Below, in pieces: positions 1 through 9,732 of a stretch of 64,000 bases of DNA. The notes below the pieces were generated by a model, which saw only the letters and a program-made list of their open reading frames with translations, made no database searches and was not told the origin of the DNA. The stretch is taken from positions 62,001 through 126,000 of the forward strand of contig JBGAIN010000002.1 of NCBI GenBank assembly GCA_044225505.1, written 5' to 3'. The stretch comes from Limisphaerales bacterium (GTDB lineage Bacteria > Verrucomicrobiota > Verrucomicrobiia > Limisphaerales > SIBE01). Position 1 is the stretch's first letter. Each line of letters begins with the position of its first letter. The position numbers were made by a program, and so were the translations under genes.

Positions 1-1173
1 GCTGCAGGTCATGCCAATCCCAGCGTCGTCCGCGCGGCCCAGCGGCAGCTCACGCAACTAGTCCACGCCATGGGCGACGTTCATCCCCACGCCCTCAAAG
101 CTGAATTGGCTCGAGAATTAAGCCGCATAACCTTCGAACGCTGGGCTCGCATCGCCCGGGACGCCGCAACCGCCCCGTCAACGGGCACGGCTCGTAACGC
201 ACCCGACACACATGGCAAACTAATCTTCTGCAACTCCGGCTTTGAAGCTGTCGAAGCAGCTCTCAAGACGGCACTGCTCTACACAGGACGGGCAGGAGTA
301 ATCGCTTTCCAAGGAGCCTATCACGGTCTGGGTTACGGAACTCTAAATGTGACTCATCGTGAGCATTTCCGGCACCCTTTCACGTCGCAACTCCGCGAAA
401 TTACTGACTTCGTCGAATTTCCGGAGTCCACCAACGCCGTCGAAAAAGTCGAGAAAACCATCCGAAACCTGCTACACCGTAAGAAAATCGGCGCGATTCT
501 GGTTGAACCCATTCAGGCTCGCGGTGGAATCCGCGTGCCTCCCAACGAGTTCCTTCCGATGTTGCGTGCGGTCTCCGAAACGACGGGAGCACTCCTGATC
601 CTCGATGAGATCTACACAGGTTTCGGACGGACGGGAGCTTGGTTTGCCTGCGAACATTCCCGGGTCATTCCCGATCTGATTTGTCTGGGCAAGGCCATGA
701 CCGGGGGTTTTCCATTGTCCGCTTGTATTGGACGAGCGGAGTTAATGGATGTCGCTTGGCCTTCATCGAGTGGCGAAGCTATCCACACCAGCACCTTCCT
801 GGGCCATCCAGTGGGCTGTGCCATGGCGCTGGCCCAGATTAAGGAAATCCATCGGTTGCGACTCCCGGAACGTGCTGCCACGCTGGGTCGTAAGTTGGTA
901 ACCGAGCTCCTGGGGATAAGAAAACGCTCCGATCTTCAATGGACAGTCCGAGGGCTTGGCCTCCTGGTGGGCATCGAATTCCGCGAACGGAACGAGAGGC
1001 CAGCGTCGACGCGAGTCTCGTGCTGGATGAAAGAGCTCCTTGCTCGTGGTTATATCGTTTTACCGGAGGGAGAAGCGGGCAATGTCCTGTCTTTTACTCC
1101 GCCGTTGACGATCACAGAAAAGCAACTGAACCGCGTCGTCACCGTCCTCGAGAATCTCCTTGAACTGTCCTGA
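1..1173 (+). CDS. Class III PLP-dependent aminotransferase (GabT/ArgD-like), 5'-truncated by window edge
   Basis: Frame is open from base 1 (AAGHANPSVV...). Class III motifs: NSGFEAVEAALK, FQGAYHG, EPIQARGG, LILDEIYTGFGRTG, PDLICLGKAMTGG (PLP lysine), HTSTFLGHP. Confidence 0.9.
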   Translation, partial: AAGHANPSVVRAAQRQLTQLVHAMGDVHPHALKAELARELSRITFERWARIARDAATAPSTGTARNAPDTHGKLIFCNSGFEAVEAALKTALLYTGRAGVIAFQGAYHGLGYGTLNVTHREHFRHPFTSQLREITDFVEFPESTNAVEKVEKTIRNLLHRKKIGAILVEPIQARGGIRVPPNEFLPMLRAVSETTGALLILDEIYTGFGRTGAWFACEHSRVIPDLICLGKAMTGGFPLSACIGRAELMDVAWPSSSGEAIHTSTFLGHPVGCAMALAQIKEIHRLRLPERAATLGRKLVTELLGIRKRSDLQWTVRGLGLLVGIEFRERNERPASTRVSCWMKELLARGYIVLPEGEAGNVLSFTPPLTITEKQLNRVVTVLENLLELS

Positions 1174-1214
1174 AGTCAGACGAAGGGCTACCATAGCCCG
1201 TGCATCCCTTGACT

Positions 1215-1442
1215 TTACTCTGTTAATGCAGGCTTCTCACGAAGGGACCGATGCCGAAGCTCATTTCGCAACAAAATGAGATAATAACCCGGCTTCTTTT
1301 GGCTGATATGCGATGAAATATGGCGAAAATCCAAGCGCGAAAGAAACTGCGCCGTCTCCCGATGGACGGTATCGTCCCTCCGATGCTGCCAAGGCGATGC
1401 AGCCTCGGCGCTGGGCTGCGGGCGATCATTAATCATTTGCAT
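1215..1442 (-). CDS. Possible small hypothetical protein (~75 aa)
   Basis: ATG at 1442 within ORF 1215..1583. Fills the gap divergent from rsmA. No recognisable motif. Confidence 0.25.
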   Translation of the reverse strand: MQMINDRPQPSAEAASPWQHRRDDTVHRETAQFLSRLDFRHISSHISQKKPGYYLILLRNELRHRSLREKPALTE

Positions 1443-1608
1443 AACGGGTCCTGAATGAGCAAATTCCAGTCCAGAGCAGCGAGTGTCGAGGAAATTCTTA
1501 ACAAATCCCTGTCGCACGCCGCTGTCAGGGTTGATAAAAACCTCCCGAAAATAGACGGCCATCTCTTCTCCTGCCGGGCTCATCGTCTTGCAGGCGCCCT
1601 TGGATCAA

Positions 1609-2448
1609 ATGAATCTGACTGAAATCAGGCGAACACTCGCCGCCGAGAAGATCCAGCTGACAAAGTCGCTCGGTCAGAACTTTCTACATGACGGGCATCA
1701 ACTGGAAAAGATCGTTCGCGCCGGTGAGATTTCCCGGAGCGACAAGATTCTAGAAATTGGGCCCGGCTTGGGGGCCTTGACCCAATTGCTGGTGCGTGCA
1801 TCGCGGCAAGTCGTTTGCCTGGAAAAGGACAAACGTCTCGTGGACTATTTAAGCAGTCGCTTTGCCAACGAGCCCGGCTTGACCTTGATCCACGTAGATG
1901 CGCTTCGCTACCTGCAGGACAAACCCCAAGACTGGGCCGATTGGAAGGTGATTTCGAACCTTCCCTATTCCGTCGGTTCCCCCATCTTGGTGGAGCTTGC
2001 TCGAACCCCCAGAGCGCCAGCACTCGCGGTCGTAACACTTCAATGGGAGGTCGCCCGTCGAATTGGGGCTAAAGCTGGCGAAAGCGATTACGGAATTCTT
2101 ACGCTGCTCATCCAAGTTCGATATCAAGTCCGGGAGACTTTCAAGATTCCTCCTTCCTGTTTCTTTCCTGTCCCGGATGTGGATTCCGCTTGTCTCACTC
2201 TTGTCCGCCGGCCCAGCCCGTTGGTTCAGCCCGCGCAGATGCGAGCTTATGAAAAGCTCGTCAAGCGAGGTTTTTCACAGCGCCGCAAAATGATGTTCAA
2301 GCTTTTGAAGGCAGACTGGCCAGTGCCTCAGATTCAGGAAGCGTTTGCCCGGGTCGGTATCCCCGAACAAATCCGTGCCGAAGCCGTCACTCTGAATCAA
2401 TTTGTCGAGTTAACCCAATACCTAGCGCCGCTTACCCCACCTTCATGA
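1609..2448 (+). CDS. rsmA: 16S rRNA m6,2A1518/1519 dimethyltransferase
   Basis: KSLGQNFL, LEIGPGLGALT (SAM binding), ISNLPYSV, FFPVPDVDSA, FSQRRKM. ATG at 1609 preferred over TTG at 1588. Confidence 0.95.
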   Translation: MNLTEIRRTLAAEKIQLTKSLGQNFLHDGHQLEKIVRAGEISRSDKILEIGPGLGALTQLLVRASRQVVCLEKDKRLVDYLSSRFANEPGLTLIHVDALRYLQDKPQDWADWKVISNLPYSVGSPILVELARTPRAPALAVVTLQWEVARRIGAKAGESDYGILTLLIQVRYQVRETFKIPPSCFFPVPDVDSACLTLVRRPSPLVQPAQMRAYEKLVKRGFSQRRKMMFKLLKADWPVPQIQEAFARVGIPEQIRAEAVTLNQFVELTQYLAPLTPPS

Positions 2449-2975
2449 ACACCGAAGAACTCTTTGATGTTGTCGATGACCACGACCATGTTATCGATTG
2501 CCGTCCCCGTCGCACAGTTCATGAGCTGGGCTTGAAACATCGTGCAGTTCACGTCCTCGTCTACAATCAGTCCCGGAAGTTGTTTCTCCAGAAACGCTCC
2601 CTGGCAAAAGACTGTTTTCCTGGCGCTTGGGATTCCTCCGCGTCCGGTCACCTCTCGCCGGGTGAAACGTACGATGCTTGTGCGGTTCGTGAAGTTGAAG
2701 AAGAACTAGGTTTGCGCTTGCCTGAGATCCCAAAGCGGCTGTTCAAGATCGACGCTTGTCCGGAAACAGGGCAGGAGTTTGTCTGGGTGTACCAGGCCCA
2801 CGCAGAAGGGCCTTTTCATCTGCATCCCGAAGAGATCGAAACAGGGGATTGGTTCGATGCTGAAGCCATCACTGCCTGGATCAAAGAGCGCCCAAGCGAA
2901 TTTGCGAGCGGCTTTGTCCTGATCTGGCAACATCTTCTGGCCAGCGACACCGGTCGCGGCCATCTCAAGGACTAG
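2445..2975 (+). CDS. NUDIX hydrolase (YfcD/IDI-like)
   Basis: Nudix box GETYDACAVREVEEELG and HRAVHVLV..LFLQKRS..KD.FPG.WD. ATGA overlap with the rsmA stop. Confidence 0.88.
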   Translation: MNTEELFDVVDDHDHVIDCRPRRTVHELGLKHRAVHVLVYNQSRKLFLQKRSLAKDCFPGAWDSSASGHLSPGETYDACAVREVEEELGLRLPEIPKRLFKIDACPETGQEFVWVYQAHAEGPFHLHPEEIETGDWFDAEAITAWIKERPSEFASGFVLIWQHLLASDTGRGHLKD

Positions 2976-3738
2976 GTCGATTCCAGACTTTCACCGTTCC
3001 TTCGGGCGTCATGTGCGCAACCAAAGGGATGGTATCGGTTTGGAAACAATAATCCACATCGGCTCTCAGGTCTGGGTTTGCCAAGAGACGGCGGCCATTC
3101 CGCGCCAAACAGGCAGCCCCACGCAAGTCCGACTTCGCATCCAGATAGATTTGTCGCGCAACGGCCGCTGAGTCAGCAATCTCTTCGGATTCGTATTGCG
3201 TCCAGACCTCATGGCAGACCGCTCCGGCCGCCAGCGTATCTTCGTAGGCCGCTTGTTCGTACGTGCCTGCCCCCACCAATAGTAGATTGGGTGGGGCCAT
3301 CGATTTCAGGAGCCGAACCAGGGCCCCGATACCCAGAAAAGTCCCAATCAGGACGTTTTGGGCTCCAGCACACGCCCGTAACGCGCGCGTGCCGTTCGTC
3401 GTCGTCAAAACCAACGTTCTGCCCCGCACCGCGTTCGGTGTGAACTCTCGAGGCGAATTCCCGAAATGAAAATCACGTCCACCAGGCTTCGAACTAAGGA
3501 TGCGCAATCCACCTCGCTCTCCCGCCAGAAGGGAAGATGGGTCTCCGCGGTGCAATTCCAGGGCTTCTTCCACTTCAACCACCGGAAGAATGCGAACCGC
3601 ACCGTGATGCAGAGCGGTCAGAATCGTGCTCGTCGCCCGTAGGATGTCAAAGACCACGCAAACCGTTCCGCGAAGATCACGCTGGGGCAGAGTTTGAAAT
3701 TCTGCGGGGGAGAATAAGACTTCCAAGGTTCGCATCAT
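2965..3738 (-). CDS. comB: 2-phosphosulfolactate phosphatase family protein
   Basis: VVFDILRATSTI, LLAGERGG, GNSPREF, LTTTNGTRAL, EDTLAAG. Confidence 0.88.
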   Translation of the reverse strand: MMRTLEVLFSPAEFQTLPQRDLRGTVCVVFDILRATSTILTALHHGAVRILPVVEVEEALELHRGDPSSLLAGERGGLRILSSKPGGRDFHFGNSPREFTPNAVRGRTLVLTTTNGTRALRACAGAQNVLIGTFLGIGALVRLLKSMAPPNLLLVGAGTYEQAAYEDTLAAGAVCHEVWTQYESEEIADSAAVARQIYLDAKSDLRGAACLARNGRRLLANPDLRADVDYCFQTDTIPLVAHMTPEGTVKVWNRPSP

Positions 3739-3744
3739 AATCGG

Positions 3745-4728
3745 TCATGATCTGGGTTGCAGCTCGGGGCTTGGCAGCGGGTTGGACGTTGCCCGTTTTC
3801 GCATGCGCACATAATGGAACAGGTACTGTTGCGCGTAGCCCGCAAAAGGGCCGAAGTGGGTTTGCGCGAATCGTTCGAGCTGCTTTGGGTGTTTGCGCTT
3901 ATTTGGAAAGTACAGGTCCTTGAGAGCACGGCTCACCCAAACATCCACTGGAAACGCATCTTGAAACCCATAGGCAAACAACAGCACACAATTGGCAATT
4001 TTAGGCCCGACACCCCGCAGCTTGGTGAGTTCGTTCTTCGCTTCTTCCCATCGACGAATGCGCAGGGCGTTCAGATCAAGCGTGCGCCCCGCCACGGCCA
4101 TAGCGGCCGCTCGCAAGTGGGGAGCACGGAAACCCATTTTGCATTCCCGGAGTTCTGACTCAGGCACCTGAGCCAGAGTTTCAGCACTTGGGAACGAATA
4201 GGCCGGACGTCGGCCGGGGGGAACGGCAACGGACTGACCAAACCGTTCGCAAAGCGTCCGAACGATCTGCTGGATTTGAACGATCTGTTTCGTCGAGGAG
4301 AGAATAAACGACGCCAAACACTCCCAGGGATCCTGCCGGAGAAGCCTTAATCCACGACATGACTGCACAGCCAAACGCATCGGCTCGTCATCGGGAAACT
4401 GTCGAATCACGGCAGTCAAATCCACATTCAGCTGCAGATAATCGGTGAGCCAAATCCAGCTGGCTGGAGCCGACAGAGTCTCCGCGGCAATGCCGCCCGG
4501 CTTGGAAGTTAACCTCACCCACCTGTCTTGTACAACGCCTTCCCATCCCTCCTCAAGCGGCTCCCATCGGAACGCTTGCCCGGAGCTCAGCGTCTGGCCC
4601 AAATCGTAGAACGGAACGCTAAAGGAGACACACCGGCCCCCGCCGTCCGGCTCAACGGAGGTCCCGACAAGCGAAGAGGCGCACCTTATGGTAGACACGG
4701 TCTTTATAGAGAATTTCGCGCGTCCCAA
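3745..4728 (-). CDS. 8-oxoguanine DNA glycosylase / HhH-GPD base-excision glycosylase (start uncertain, probably ~4655 or downstream)
   Basis: TLSSGQAFRW (OGG N-terminal domain), GLRLLRQDPWECLASFILS, HhH motif LRGVGPKIANCVLLF, FPVDVWV, AGYAQQYLF. Confidence 0.88.
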   Translation of the reverse strand: MGRAKFSIKTVSTIRCASSLVGTSVEPDGGGRCVSFSVPFYDLGQTLSSGQAFRWEPLEEGWEGVVQDRWVRLTSKPGGIAAETLSAPASWIWLTDYLQLNVDLTAVIRQFPDDEPMRLAVQSCRGLRLLRQDPWECLASFILSSTKQIVQIQQIVRTLCERFGQSVAVPPGRRPAYSFPSAETLAQVPESELRECKMGFRAPHLRAAAMAVAGRTLDLNALRIRRWEEAKNELTKLRGVGPKIANCVLLFAYGFQDAFPVDVWVSRALKDLYFPNKRKHPKQLERFAQTHFGPFAGYAQQYLFHYVRMRKRATSNPLPSPELQPRS

Positions 4729-6841
4729 GATCTGTCACTGAGGCAAATTCCTGCTGCAGTTGAGGGGGCGACGATTCCTCCCGGTCTACAGGCGCAACAT
4801 AGATAGCGTTCTGGCCTTTTCTTCCCGAGTAGCCTGGCCAGAAGTAAAATTGGTTCTTGGGAAGCGGTGTCGATAAGTAGTAAACCAGAGGCTCAACTGG
4901 AACTCCAGCCTTGGCCTCTGGTATGTAAAAGCTCAAAAGCGAAGTCGTTCCATAGTGCGCGGCAATAATGAAAGCGGGCTTGCCTTCCGCTTCCAGCTCA
5001 ATCCTGGCCTGATTTACCGTTCTTGCCATTTCCTTCCAGCCAAGCACACGACGTAATGGGTCCATCTGCAGCGGCAACTGTTTTCCCACCAGCTTGCCAA
5101 TCAGCCTCGTATCATGCATCGGCACGATCACAACCCACCCCAAGATCAGAGCAGCCATCCACACATAGCGCAAGAACTGAGATCCCTGGCGCCAACGTTC
5201 CTCCCAAAAGATAATCATGAGGCCGAACAACGGTAGGACCGACGGCGCGATCCAGTTCGGCTGCACTCGAGCTCGGAACGCGAAGAGGAAATAAAACACG
5301 AACAACGGCGCTCCCATACAGAACAAGTACACCGGAAGCGCTTCCCGTCTCGGTTTCTTCCAAATGACCACCGCCGCCCAAACCAGGCCTGCAAACAGAA
5401 TCGGATTCAATAAGGCGGTCTCGGCCAACACAAAATCCCAAACGAAACGGAGAGTTGGTTCCCACCCGCGGTCCAATCCCCCGCGGTTAGCAAGGTGAGT
5501 GATGGTGATCCAGTGATTCTGGGCATTCCAAAGCACGACCGGCACGAGGCCCAGTGCGGAAATGAAGATGGCCAAATAAAATCCGGGCCGGCGAAGCTGG
5601 CCTCTCGCAGACGGCCAGAGCAGAAAGAAAGCGAGCCAGCACACCCATTGGAAAAGTGCGATATATTTGCTCAGAAAGCCAAGTGCTGTCCAAATTCCGA
5701 CCCACACCCAGGAGGCCGTCGAATTTTTTTGCACCGCATTCCAGCCGCAAACCACGGCAGCGAACCAAAACAGCACGGACAAAGAATCGATGGTGAGCAG
5801 GGTCGCTCCGACCATCAAAATCGGCACCGCCGTTGCGGCGAGGACGGAGAGACAGGCGACCCGCCCGTTGGCTTCGCGAGCCAGGAATCGAGTCATGAGG
5901 AAGCTGGCCGCAGCGGCCAAGACAGGGGAAAAGAAGCGGATCCCAAACACGGTGTCCCCCCAAAGCTGAGTTCCTAGAAACTGCGTGTAGGCAATGAGAG
6001 GAGGCTTGCTATAGTACGACAGAGCTAAATGTTTAGACCAAAGCCATTGATACGCTTCGTCTTCGCTCAACTCAATCTTGCCCGCGGCCAGATAAGCCAA
6101 GTGGCCCAGAAGAATCCCGCCAATCAACACATAAGCTAACCTCAGCCAGTGCCGATCCAAGGCTGCTGGACTCCGATCCACCGACATCAAACGTGAAACC
6201 TCCGGGACCAGCAATCTGTCGCTCTTATCTAAACAGGACTGATCTAACGTGGGACAACGCAGCGATGACACTCCAGCATGCCAGATCGGGAACCATCGTG
6301 CGCCAGCAAGTCGCCAAATTGAATCAGCCGTCCAAAGAATTGCGACAGCGTAGCCGACTCCCAACAGGCTGCCCGCAATCACATCGCTCGGATAATGCAC
6401 GCCCAGATAAACACGTGAAAATCCCTCAATCAGCGCCAGCGGGAGCATGAGCCATAGGCTCCGCCGATAGTAGTTAGCTGCCACCACCATGGCCGCGAAC
6501 CAATTGGCAGCATGACCGGAAGGCATGCTCGGATTGTCACTCCGGCCAACCAACAAGTGCATGTCCGTTAACGCAATGAAGGGCCTCGGACGATTGATCC
6601 ATTTCTTAATGGAATTGACGATGATTGGATCTCCAATCACGAAAGTGAGAAAGAGGAAAAAGACGAGCAATCGACCCCGGACGCCACCGCGCCAAATCAC
6701 CCAAACCCCAAGCAGAGCGAGAAGTGGAACAAACAACGCATTCGAGTTGAAGAACGGCAGAACGAAATCCAAAAGCCGGTTCTTCAGGCCGTGATTTATC
6801 CATCGGAACAACGCGACATCCAGAGTGTTGAGGCTGTCCAT
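4652..6841 (-). CDS. PAP2 phosphatase fused to ArnT/PMT-like (GT39/GT83) membrane glycosyltransferase
   Basis: N-terminal PAP2 motifs KKWINRPRP, PSGHA, SRVYLGVHYPSDV. C-terminal DEAYQWLWSKHLALSYYSKPPLIA, LSKY and many TM helices. Confidence 0.88.
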   Translation of the reverse strand: MDSLNTLDVALFRWINHGLKNRLLDFVLPFFNSNALFVPLLALLGVWVIWRGGVRGRLLVFFLFLTFVIGDPIIVNSIKKWINRPRPFIALTDMHLLVGRSDNPSMPSGHAANWFAAMVVAANYYRRSLWLMLPLALIEGFSRVYLGVHYPSDVIAGSLLGVGYAVAILWTADSIWRLAGARWFPIWHAGVSSLRCPTLDQSCLDKSDRLLVPEVSRLMSVDRSPAALDRHWLRLAYVLIGGILLGHLAYLAAGKIELSEDEAYQWLWSKHLALSYYSKPPLIAYTQFLGTQLWGDTVFGIRFFSPVLAAAASFLMTRFLAREANGRVACLSVLAATAVPILMVGATLLTIDSLSVLFWFAAVVCGWNAVQKNSTASWVWVGIWTALGFLSKYIALFQWVCWLAFFLLWPSARGQLRRPGFYLAIFISALGLVPVVLWNAQNHWITITHLANRGGLDRGWEPTLRFVWDFVLAETALLNPILFAGLVWAAVVIWKKPRREALPVYLFCMGAPLFVFYFLFAFRARVQPNWIAPSVLPLFGLMIIFWEERWRQGSQFLRYVWMAALILGWVVIVPMHDTRLIGKLVGKQLPLQMDPLRRVLGWKEMARTVNQARIELEAEGKPAFIIAAHYGTTSLLSFYIPEAKAGVPVEPLVYYLSTPLPKNQFYFWPGYSGRKGQNAIYVAPVDREESSPPQLQQEFASVTDLGTREILYKDRVYHKVRLFACRDLR

Positions 6842-6911
6842 GCGATGTCAGGCGAATGGGCGATGGATGTTGCTCCCGGACCGCAGACCGGCAACGGCCG
6901 TCTCACCGGCG

Positions 6912-7448
6912 TCAATAGACGATCAGCGAGCGGACTGGGAGCCCCTTCAACCGATCCCGTCCATTGAGAAACCCAAGCTCAATCAAAAAGGTTACTTCAA
7001 CGATCTCTGCGCCGAGCCTTTTTAGAAGGGCCGCCGCTGCCGAGGCTGTGCCGCCCGTCGCTAACAGATCGTCGATCAGGATCACCCGACTTCCAGGCCG
7101 GACGGCGTCCGTGTGAATCGCGACCGTACTGGTCCCGTATTCGAGATCATAGCTCTGTTCGTAGGTTTGAAATGGCAGTTTGCCCTTCTTACGAACTGGA
7201 ACAAAACCAGCCTGGAGCTTGAGCGCGGCAGCGCTGGCAAAAATAAAGCCTCGAGCATCAATTCCTACTACCGCATCGACCGATCCAGGAGCCACGTTCG
7301 CCGTTAAGAGTTCAATGCTGGCAGCGAACAAGCGGGCATCCGCTAATACCGGTGTAATGTCTTTAAATTGAATCCCGGGCTTTGGAAAATCCGGGATGTT
7401 TCGGACGGCCGCCGCAAGCTGGGCGGCAGTAACTGTAGTTTTAGTCAT
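6912..7448 (-). CDS. apt: Adenine phosphoribosyltransferase
   Basis: IPDFPKPGIQFKDITP, GIDARGF, VRKKGKLP, YDLEYG, PRPP motif VILIDDLLATGGT. Confidence 0.96.
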   Translation of the reverse strand: MTKTTVTAAQLAAAVRNIPDFPKPGIQFKDITPVLADARLFAASIELLTANVAPGSVDAVVGIDARGFIFASAAALKLQAGFVPVRKKGKLPFQTYEQSYDLEYGTSTVAIHTDAVRPGSRVILIDDLLATGGTASAAAALLKRLGAEIVEVTFLIELGFLNGRDRLKGLPVRSLIVY

Positions 7449-7477
7449 CGTGCGCCAGAGACCGAAGCGAAAGGCAG

Positions 7478-8605
7478 CTATTTTTGGACTGCTTCTAGCT
7501 TTTCGATCATTTTGCGCAGTTTGTTTAGGGCAATATTCTGTATTTGGCGAACTCTTTCGCGAGTCACTCCGAACTTCTCGCCGACTTCCTCCAGCGTCTT
7601 CTCCGATCCCCCGTCCAGTCCGAAACGATAACGCAAGATCGTTGCTTCGCGCGGATCAAGCGTTTTGATCATTTCGTGCAGCATCTTGTTTACGGTCTTC
7701 TCCTCGAGCTGTTCGTACGGGGTGTCCGCATTCTCATCCTGCACGACTTCAGCAAAATTGTTGGAGTCGTCGTCGCCGATCGGTGCATCTAGCGACGCCG
7801 GACGAATCGCCGCCGTCCGCAACTGCGCCACGCGGGCCGCCGAGATTCCAAGCTCCTCGCCCAATTCTTCATCCGTCGGTTCTCGACCGAACTCCTCCTG
7901 CAACTTCATCGCCGTCCGTCGCATTTTGGAGATCTTGTCCACCAGATGGACGGGCAAGCGGATGGTCTTGCTCTGATTCGCTAGCGCCCGCTTGATAGAT
8001 TGCTTAATCCACCAAGAACCGTAGGTAGAAAGCTTGCCGCCTTTGGCCGGATCGAACCGCTCGACGGCTTTCATCAGCCCGATATTGCCCTCGTTGATTA
8101 AATCCAGCAGCGGGAGTCCTAATCCCTCATAGTCGTGCGCGATTTTGACGACCAAGCGCAGATTCGCCTTGATCATTTGTTCGCGTGCCTTTTTGTCACT
8201 CTTCTTAATGCGCGCGGCAAGGTCGATCTCTTCTTGCGGCGTCAGCAGCTTCACCTGACCAATCTCGCGCAGATACAATTTGATCGCTGTGTCCGCGTCA
8301 TAAGACGATCGTTCCTTCAAATTCGACAATCCCAAATCTGCGTCGCGAGGTACGCTGGCAGGTTCTGCCTCGTTGGGAGCGCCAGATCCGCTTTTTCCAT
8401 TGCCGTTGGCATGGCCCAAAGTCGCGAGCACCGCCACGGGTTCTGGAATAACCCCCGGTTCTGCGACAGGGTCAATCTCTAAGGCCGCTTTCGGACGAAT
8501 TCCGCGGGAAGCAAAAGAGAGTTTGCTCGGGGCGGAGGGCATCTCGCTTGGCCTTGGGATCCGCGGCTTGGAGATTACTTTAGCCGGTTTGGTTTTTGTG
8601 GGCAT
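7478..8605 (-). CDS. RNA polymerase sigma-70 factor, RpoD/SigA family (no region 1.1)
   Basis: Region 1.2 YLREIG, region 2 ANLRLVVKIA..DLINEGNIGLMKAVERFD..STYGSWWIKQ, TIRLPVH, region 4 TLEEVGEKFGVTRERVRQIQ. Confidence 0.93.
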   Translation of the reverse strand: MPTKTKPAKVISKPRIPRPSEMPSAPSKLSFASRGIRPKAALEIDPVAEPGVIPEPVAVLATLGHANGNGKSGSGAPNEAEPASVPRDADLGLSNLKERSSYDADTAIKLYLREIGQVKLLTPQEEIDLAARIKKSDKKAREQMIKANLRLVVKIAHDYEGLGLPLLDLINEGNIGLMKAVERFDPAKGGKLSTYGSWWIKQSIKRALANQSKTIRLPVHLVDKISKMRRTAMKLQEEFGREPTDEELGEELGISAARVAQLRTAAIRPASLDAPIGDDDSNNFAEVVQDENADTPYEQLEEKTVNKMLHEMIKTLDPREATILRYRFGLDGGSEKTLEEVGEKFGVTRERVRQIQNIALNKLRKMIEKLEAVQK

Positions 8606-8704
8606 ACCTTCTGGTGAAACTTCTACTCAATTTAATTCGATTCAGCCGCAGGCCACGGGCACCTCTGCTGGCGCCGTCGGCCTCCCCCTTTCCCGTTCCA
8701 GGGT

Positions 8705-9400
8705 TTAATCTCGCTCACTGCTCCGCGCAATCATGACAAAGTGCAGCAAGTCAAACAGGGCCGCGACCAGAGCCGCGACGTATGTCAGGGCCGCGGCATT
8801 GAGCACCTTGCTCACCGCACGTCCCTCGTCGTGCCCCACCAACCCCAAGCGTACGAGCTGTTCTTTCGCGCGCCGACTTGCGTCAAATTCAACCGGCAAT
8901 GTGATCAATTGAAACACCGAGATCACTGAGAAAGCAATGATCGCAGGCCACACTAATTTCGTCAGGTGCAAGAACATTCCCAACATCAATATCCAGAAGA
9001 CCGCTTGGCTCGCGAAACTCGTGATCGGAACCAGCATCATCCGAAGGTTTAACGGCGCATAAGCCGCTTTGTGTTGGAGAGCATGGCCAGCTTCGTGAGC
9101 CGCTACTCCTACGGCCGCTATAGATCGCCCGTGAAAATTGTCCGACGACAAAAACAACGCCCGTTTTGTTGGGTCGTAATGGTCTGACAGTTGACCAGCT
9201 ACCTCTTCAATCGGAACCGATCCGAGTCCAGCAGCGTCCAGAATCTCTCGCGCTGCTTCCGACCCGGAAATCCCAGAAGCATTTGGCACTTGGATGTACT
9301 TTCCGTAGGTAGAATGCAATTTAAACTGGGCGTAGAGCCCCAGGAGCATTCCCGGCAGAAAGAACCACCAGTATTGATCAAATATGAGAACAGCAATCAT
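8705..9400 (-). CDS. Membrane zinc metallopeptidase (YugP / Zn_peptidase_2 family)
   Basis: LSDHYDP, AAHEAGHALQH (HExxH), TLPVEFDASRRA, VLNAAALTYVA. Confidence 0.9.
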   Translation of the reverse strand: MIAVLIFDQYWWFFLPGMLLGLYAQFKLHSTYGKYIQVPNASGISGSEAAREILDAAGLGSVPIEEVAGQLSDHYDPTKRALFLSSDNFHGRSIAAVGVAAHEAGHALQHKAAYAPLNLRMMLVPITSFASQAVFWILMLGMFLHLTKLVWPAIIAFSVISVFQLITLPVEFDASRRAKEQLVRLGLVGHDEGRAVSKVLNAAALTYVAALVAALFDLLHFVMIARSSERD

Positions 9401-9497
9401 ATCAATTTACCCTGACCAACGGTCCCACTCCAATTCACGACTACCAAACGACGATTTAGGTTACGGAGCTCACCGGCTTCTTTTGACAGTTCCCTAA

Positions 9498-9513
9498 AGC
9501 GAAATGGGTGCCA
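9498..9513 (-). promoter_or_regulatory. Candidate sigma-54 (-24/-12) promoter for the zinc metallopeptidase gene
   Basis: Minus strand reads TGGCACCCATTTCGCT, one mismatch from TGGCAC-N5-TTGC with correct GG/GC spacing. Lies ~100 nt upstream of the ATG at 9400. Confidence 0.4.
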
Positions 9514-9732
9514 GCCACTCTGTTGGACAAACGCCTGGCTTTCCTGCTCAATCCGAAACCAGGTGCGCCAAAGAGGCTCACTTGTCCCGCGCCGTAGCGC
9601 TATTCTGACACTGCGGTGTAGTTTAAACGGTCTTTCGCAGGACGGCTATCTGAGCTTTTTATGGGTGAAAATACCGAGAATAGTACCAGGGCACACCTGA
9701 TTGGATTTGCACACGCGCGGGCAACGCCAAGA

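Noticed and set aside
2965..3738. Coenzyme M biosynthesis pathway
   Set aside because: Only a ComB-family phosphatase is present; stand-alone ComB homologs are widespread and no comA/C/D/E is in the window.
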